Source: a bacterium
Lineage (GTDB): Bacteria > UBA8248 > JACPRG01 > G963555815
Length of the DNA: 64,000 nucleotides
Assembly (NCBI GenBank): GCA_965261595.1
Contig: CBDHDG010000004.1
Span: 352,001 to 416,000 of the forward strand
Reading direction: 5' to 3'
The notes under the pieces were generated by a model. It ran no database searches, was not told the DNA's origin, and worked only from the letters and a program-made list of their open reading frames with translations. Below are positions 59,592-64,000 of the stretch, in pieces. How positions within the stretch are numbered: position 1 is the stretch's first letter; every line of letters starts with the position of its first letter. A program made the position numbers and the translations under genes.

Positions 59592-62507
59592 ATGGTCGCC
59601 TCGATCGGCGTTGTCTCGGCCCCGTCCCAGGGCGCGGGCTACTACGAGCGGGACGGCTACTACGCGAAGGACGACCCGGCCCACAGGGAAGCGAGCGCCT
59701 GGGCCGGCAAGGGCGCGGAGGATCACGGCCTCTCCGGCCCGGTCGATCCGGACCTCTTCCGGGCGGTGCTGGAGGGCAAGGCGCCCGACGGCTCCGGACA
59801 ACAGCTCGGACGCAGGGGGCCCGATGGGGCCCTGGAGCACCGGCCCGGGCGGGATCTCACCTTCTCCGCCCCCAAGTCCGTCTCCCTCGCCGCGCTCGTC
59901 GGCGGCGACAAGCGCATCGTCGAGGCCCATGACCGGGCCGTGAAGCGCGCCCTCGACTGGGTCGAGAGGAACGTCGCCGAGACCCGCATGAAGGACCCGG
60001 AGACCGGACGTATGGTAAAGAAGGGCGATCAGAAGATGATCGCCGCCACCTTTCGCCACGACGCCTCGCGCAATCTCGATCCCCTGCTTCATACCCATTC
60101 GGTGATCGCCAACATGGTGCAGGGCGCGGACGGCAAGTGGCGGACCATGTCCAACGAGAAGCTCTATGCCTCGAAGATGCTGATCGGCGCCATGTACCGA
60201 AGCGAACTGGCGCGCAATCTGGGCAGGCTCGGCTACGGGATCGAGAAGACCCATGCTGACGGGCGATTCGAGATCGCGGGCGTTCCCCGCGAGGTGATCG
60301 AGACGTTCTCGACACGGCGGGCGGAGATCGAGGCGGCCATGGCCGAACGGGGCGTGGACACACCGGCAAAGAACCAGCGCCTCGCCCAGCGGGCGGCGCT
60401 CATGACCCGGGCCCGCAAGCGGGACGTGGACAAGGCCGAGTTGCGGGGGATCTGGGAGAAGCAGGCCGCCCATCTCGGGTTCGACGCAAAGGCCCTTGCG
60501 GCCGAAGCGATCTCGAAGGGCGCCGTATCGCGGGACGCCGGCCGGGAAGGCGCCGGTGCGGCTCGCGAGACGTCTCGGGACCGGCGGCTGGCCGGGGAAG
60601 CCGTGGAATGGGCCGTGGCGCATCTCGCCGAGCGCGAGGCGGTGTTCTCACGCGCCGATCTGCTCGCCGGCGCGCTCGCCTGGGACCCCGGCGCGGTGGC
60701 CATGCCGGAGGCGGAACGGGAAGTGGGCAGGCTGGAGAAGGCCGGAACGCTGCACGCGGCGAGCCTGCCAGGGGCAAAGGACATGCTCACCACGAGCAGG
60801 GCCGTGGCCGACGAGCGGGAAACGATCGCCCTGGTGGAGGCCGGCCAGGGACGGGAAGCGGTCCCGATGCGCGCCCGGGCCGTGGACAAGGCCCTCAGAA
60901 AGGGTCCGCTGACACAAGGCCAGCGGGACGCCGTCAAACTCATCCTGTCGGACAGGGACCGCGTTATCGGCGTGCAGGGCTATGCCGGGACCGGCAAGAC
61001 CACCATGCTGAGCCGCGCCCGCGCGCTCCTCAAGAAGCGGGGCTACGAGGTCAAGGGCCTCGCGCCCTCGGCCTCGGCCGCGCGGACCCTGGAAACGGAG
61101 GCCGGGATCAAGAGCGAGACCCTGCAACGCTTCCTTGCCAGCAACGCCGGGGTGGGCGAGGGACGGCTGACGAAGAAGGGCGAGAGGGAGATGCGAGCCG
61201 CTTATCGGAAGACCGTGCTGGTGGTGGACGAGGGATCCCTCGCCTCCACGGTCCAAGCCCGCAACCTCCTGAGGATCGCCAACACCTTGCGCCTTCCCCG
61301 GGTCGTGCTGGTGGGCGATGCGAAGCAGCTCGACGCGGTGGATGCAGGCAAGCCGTTCGCGCAATTGCAGCAAGCCGGCATGAAGACGGCGACCATGGAG
61401 GAGATCATGCGCCAGCGCGACCCCGACCTGAAAGCCGCGGTCGAGGCGAGCCTCGCGGGCAACGTTAGGAAAGCCTTCGAGAAGCTCGGCTCCAACGTGG
61501 CGGAGGTGAAGCCCGACAATCTCGCCGGCGCGGCCGCCGCACGGTGGCTCAGGATCTCGCCGGAAGCGCGCGCCAGGGCCGGACTGATGGCGCCGAGCCA
61601 TACGCTTCGGGAGGAGATCAACGCCATCGTCCGCGATCGCCTGGTCCGCGACGGCATGGTCCATGGCCCGGCCATGAAGTCCGGGCGACTGGTCTCCCAC
61701 GGCTTCACTCATGCCGAGAAGTCGCTCGCGGCCAACTACGGCCCGGGCGACGTGGTGGCGTTCCACCGCCCCTACAAGCGTCTCGGCGTCGAGAAGGGCG
61801 ACGAGTTGCGCGTGGCCGGGGTCGATCACGAGGCACGCGCGGTTAGGCTTGAAGGCAAGGACGGGCAATCCGTCCTCTGGGAGCCCGGCCGTCTCGCGGC
61901 GCGGAGCGGCGGGGTCGAGGTCTACAAGGTCGAGCAGTTGGAGTTGCGCCAGGGCGACCGCATCCGCTGGACCCGCAACGACGCGGGGCTCGGTCTGGTC
62001 AACAGCCAGACCGCCGAGGTCGCGAGCGTGAAGGACGGCCGCGTGACCTTCCGTCTGGAGGACGGGCGCATGCTCGACATGAAGGCGGGCGATCCGCAAC
62101 TGCGCCATATCGATCGCGCCTGGGCCTCGACCGTGCATGCGTTCCAGGGCCGGACGGTGGACACGGTCATCGCCGCGATGGAGGCGAACCACCCCAATCT
62201 CACCAATCAGAAGACGCTTTACGTGGAGATCAGCCGGGCCCGGGACCGGGCGGAACTGGTGACCGACGATGCCAAAGCGTTGCGGGAAAGGCTGGAGGCC
62301 GCGACGGGTGAGCGCATCGCGGCGCTCGAAGCGGTCGCGCCGGAGAAAGCGAAGACGCCGGAAGCCCGACTGGAGGTGACCCACAGTCTCGACAGGGAGG
62401 GTGCCGCGCGGGAGTCCAAGGGGCCGAACACGCCGGAGCGGGTGTCCGGACCGGAGGCGGAAAAGGCCCGCGCACCGAAGAGCGTCGATCGCGATCTCGG
62501 GCTGTAA
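59592..62507 (+). CDS. trwC: MOBF conjugative relaxase-helicase (TrwC/TraI)
   Basis: YYERDGYY, DLTFSAPKSVS, H..SR.LDP.LHTH, GYAGTGKT, VDE, LVGD.KQL, QG.T, YVEISR. Confidence 0.95.
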   Translation: MVASIGVVSAPSQGAGYYERDGYYAKDDPAHREASAWAGKGAEDHGLSGPVDPDLFRAVLEGKAPDGSGQQLGRRGPDGALEHRPGRDLTFSAPKSVSLAALVGGDKRIVEAHDRAVKRALDWVERNVAETRMKDPETGRMVKKGDQKMIAATFRHDASRNLDPLLHTHSVIANMVQGADGKWRTMSNEKLYASKMLIGAMYRSELARNLGRLGYGIEKTHADGRFEIAGVPREVIETFSTRRAEIEAAMAERGVDTPAKNQRLAQRAALMTRARKRDVDKAELRGIWEKQAAHLGFDAKALAAEAISKGAVSRDAGREGAGAARETSRDRRLAGEAVEWAVAHLAEREAVFSRADLLAGALAWDPGAVAMPEAEREVGRLEKAGTLHAASLPGAKDMLTTSRAVADERETIALVEAGQGREAVPMRARAVDKALRKGPLTQGQRDAVKLILSDRDRVIGVQGYAGTGKTTMLSRARALLKKRGYEVKGLAPSASAARTLETEAGIKSETLQRFLASNAGVGEGRLTKKGEREMRAAYRKTVLVVDEGSLASTVQARNLLRIANTLRLPRVVLVGDAKQLDAVDAGKPFAQLQQAGMKTATMEEIMRQRDPDLKAAVEASLAGNVRKAFEKLGSNVAEVKPDNLAGAAAARWLRISPEARARAGLMAPSHTLREEINAIVRDRLVRDGMVHGPAMKSGRLVSHGFTHAEKSLAANYGPGDVVAFHRPYKRLGVEKGDELRVAGVDHEARAVRLEGKDGQSVLWEPGRLAARSGGVEVYKVEQLELRQGDRIRWTRNDAGLGLVNSQTAEVASVKDGRVTFRLEDGRMLDMKAGDPQLRHIDRAWASTVHAFQGRTVDTVIAAMEANHPNLTNQKTLYVEISRARDRAELVTDDAKALRERLEAATGERIAALEAVAPEKAKTPEARLEVTHSLDREGAARESKGPNTPERVSGPEAEKARAPKSVDRDLGL

Positions 62508-62590
62508 TGCATGACCGCCGGATCGGGCGGCGGCGACTTCCCGGTCCCGCGGATGAACGTCGGACGCCGCCTGCCGGGAAAAGCCGACTC

Positions 62591-62619
62591 TTGACCTTCA
62601 TCGCCACCGGAGCTAGATT
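62591..62619 (+). promoter_or_regulatory. Sigma70-like promoter for the NYN locus
   Basis: TTGACC-17 bp-TAGATT. Confidence 0.65.
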
Positions 62620-62631
62620 GTCAGGAATACC

Positions 62632-62685
62632 CCCTGCGGTTTCGAGCGCAGGGCGCGGGGCCTCTTCGGAGGCCCTTGCTTTTTT
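62632..62685 (+). terminator. Two-hairpin leader ending in a terminator-like stem and U tract upstream of the NYN gene
   Basis: CCCTGCG-N8-CGCAGGG; GGGCCTC-TTCG-GAGGCCC-TTGCTTTTTT. Confidence 0.65.
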
Positions 62686-62696
62686 GGCGGGAATCG

Positions 62697-63320
62697 ATGC
62701 GCACTTTCGTCTATGTCGACGGGTTCAATCTCTATTACGGGGCGCTCAAGGAATCTTCCTGGAAATGGCTGGACCTGCTCGCCCTGTTCGAGAAGGTGCT
62801 GCAGCCCCATCACGATATTCTGGCGATCAAGTACTTCACGGCAAGGGTGTCGGGCACGTCCGGCGATCCGTCCAAACCCCAGAGGCAGGACGTGTATCTC
62901 CGCGCCCTGCGGCATTATCGGCCCCGGGTGGAAATCTACTTCGGCCACTTCCTCAGCCACAAGGTCTGGGCGCCGCTTGCGCAACCGCTTGGGAGCCAGC
63001 GCATGGCGGAGGTGATCAGGACCGAAGAGAAAGGCTCGGACGTCAATCTCGCCGTGCATCTGCTGAATGACGGGTGGATGAACGCCTACGATTGCGCTGT
63101 GGTCGTCTCCAACGACAGCGACATCGCCGAAGCGATGCGCCTGGTGAGACAGCATCATGCTAAGCGGATCGGCCTGATAACGCCGGGAACCGGCCGTCCA
63201 TCCCGCCAGCTGATGGCGCATGCGGACTTTTCAAGGCATATCAGGGACAACGCCCTGCGGCGTTCGCAACTCCCGAATCCGATCCCCGGTGCCAATATAC
63301 GGAAACCTTCGCACTGGTAG
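62697..63320 (+). CDS. NYN-domain (LabA/DUF88, PIN-fold) nuclease
   Basis: VYVDGFNLYYG, IKYFTA, EEKGSDVNLA, VVSNDSD. Confidence 0.9.
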   Translation: MRTFVYVDGFNLYYGALKESSWKWLDLLALFEKVLQPHHDILAIKYFTARVSGTSGDPSKPQRQDVYLRALRHYRPRVEIYFGHFLSHKVWAPLAQPLGSQRMAEVIRTEEKGSDVNLAVHLLNDGWMNAYDCAVVVSNDSDIAEAMRLVRQHHAKRIGLITPGTGRPSRQLMAHADFSRHIRDNALRRSQLPNPIPGANIRKPSHW

Positions 63321-63560
63321 CATGACTTCCGAAGCGTGGCCGTGGACGCCGGCGCCGGAAACGGAGATAGCGAGCGCTCTGTAACACATCAGGCACAATC
63401 CGGGACTGTAGGCGCGCGACTCCGGGGACTCGTAAGGCTCGTTCCCGGAGTCGCCGTTACAGTCCGGCCGCTCCGCGAAGACCCGCTCGGCAAACGCCGT
63501 CCACCCCTTCCGGTCGAACCCGAGCCGGGCATTCATGCCGTCGCAGAAATCCGCCGCGCT

Positions 63561-64000
63561 CGAAGCCGTGGGTGTTCGCGTCGTGCCGAGCGCGACGGGG
63601 AGCTGTGGGGCACGATCCGGGCCATCCACGAGGGCTCTCGTGGCACCTACGCGAGGCGCCTCGGGTGCATGCCGAGCTGGTGGCCCAGGGATGTCGGGTG
63701 AGTCGCAAACGGGTGGCTCGTCTGATGCGTGAGGCGGGCTTGGCCCGGGTGAGCCGACGCCGAGGCACGGGCACCACGCGGGTGGACCCGAGTCATCGTG
63801 CGGTCCCGGACCAGGTCGAACGCCAGTTCCAGGCCGATGCGCCGGATCGCATCTGGGTGGCCGACATCACCTACGTGCCGACTTGGGCCGGGTTCGTGTA
63901 CCTAGCCATGGTGCTCGACGTGTTCAGCCGCCGGGTGGTGGGATGGTCGATGGCCCACCCTCTTCGTACCCAACTGGTGCTCGGGGCGCTCAACAGGTCA
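63561..64000 (+). mobile_element. Degenerate IS3 orfB fragment running off the window
   Basis: DNA paralog of about 55500-55935; RKRVARLMR, WVADITY, DVFSRRVVGW; 5' part missing. Confidence 0.85.

Noticed and set aside
63330..63560. Possible relaxase or toxin fragment after NYN
   Set aside because: The similarity (ARLGFD) is too short to support a call.

Overview
GC-rich bacterial window with three zones. (1) About 1-51 kb is a catabolic 'toolbox' region. It holds six paralogous Rieske non-heme iron oxygenase alpha subunits (VanA/NdmA-B-like type), four NMT1/THI5-type periplasmic binding proteins, two SDRs, M20/M24/M29-fold metallohydrolases, two alpha/beta hydrolases, a BiuH-like cysteine hydrolase, a UbiD, a lone molybdenum-hydroxylase large subunit, a ThDP enzyme, an FAH-family protein and an acyl-CoA ligase. 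I see no reductase, transporter permease/ATPase, UbiX or CoxM/S partner in the window. Housekeeping islets are interspersed (tesA-ybbA-ybbP, znuA/zur-znuC-znuB, rhodanese-YeeE-YeeD), together with a REP/RAYT patch carrying a DUF4258-DUF2283 pair and duplicated CsgG-like/TPR genes. (2) About 51.5-54.4 kb is an Fnr-USP-USP-USP-DoxX operon. (3) About 54.6-64 kb has nested IS3 elements and a MOBF mobilisation module (candidate nic site, TraD/TrwB, TrwC relaxase), followed by an NYN nuclease whose promoter is separated from the ORF by a two-hairpin leader. IS1380 elements sit at the left edge. About a dozen genes carry single frameshifts, which may be long-read errors. No rRNA, tRNA or CRISPR array was seen. 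All family calls come from motif recognition only; no searches were run.
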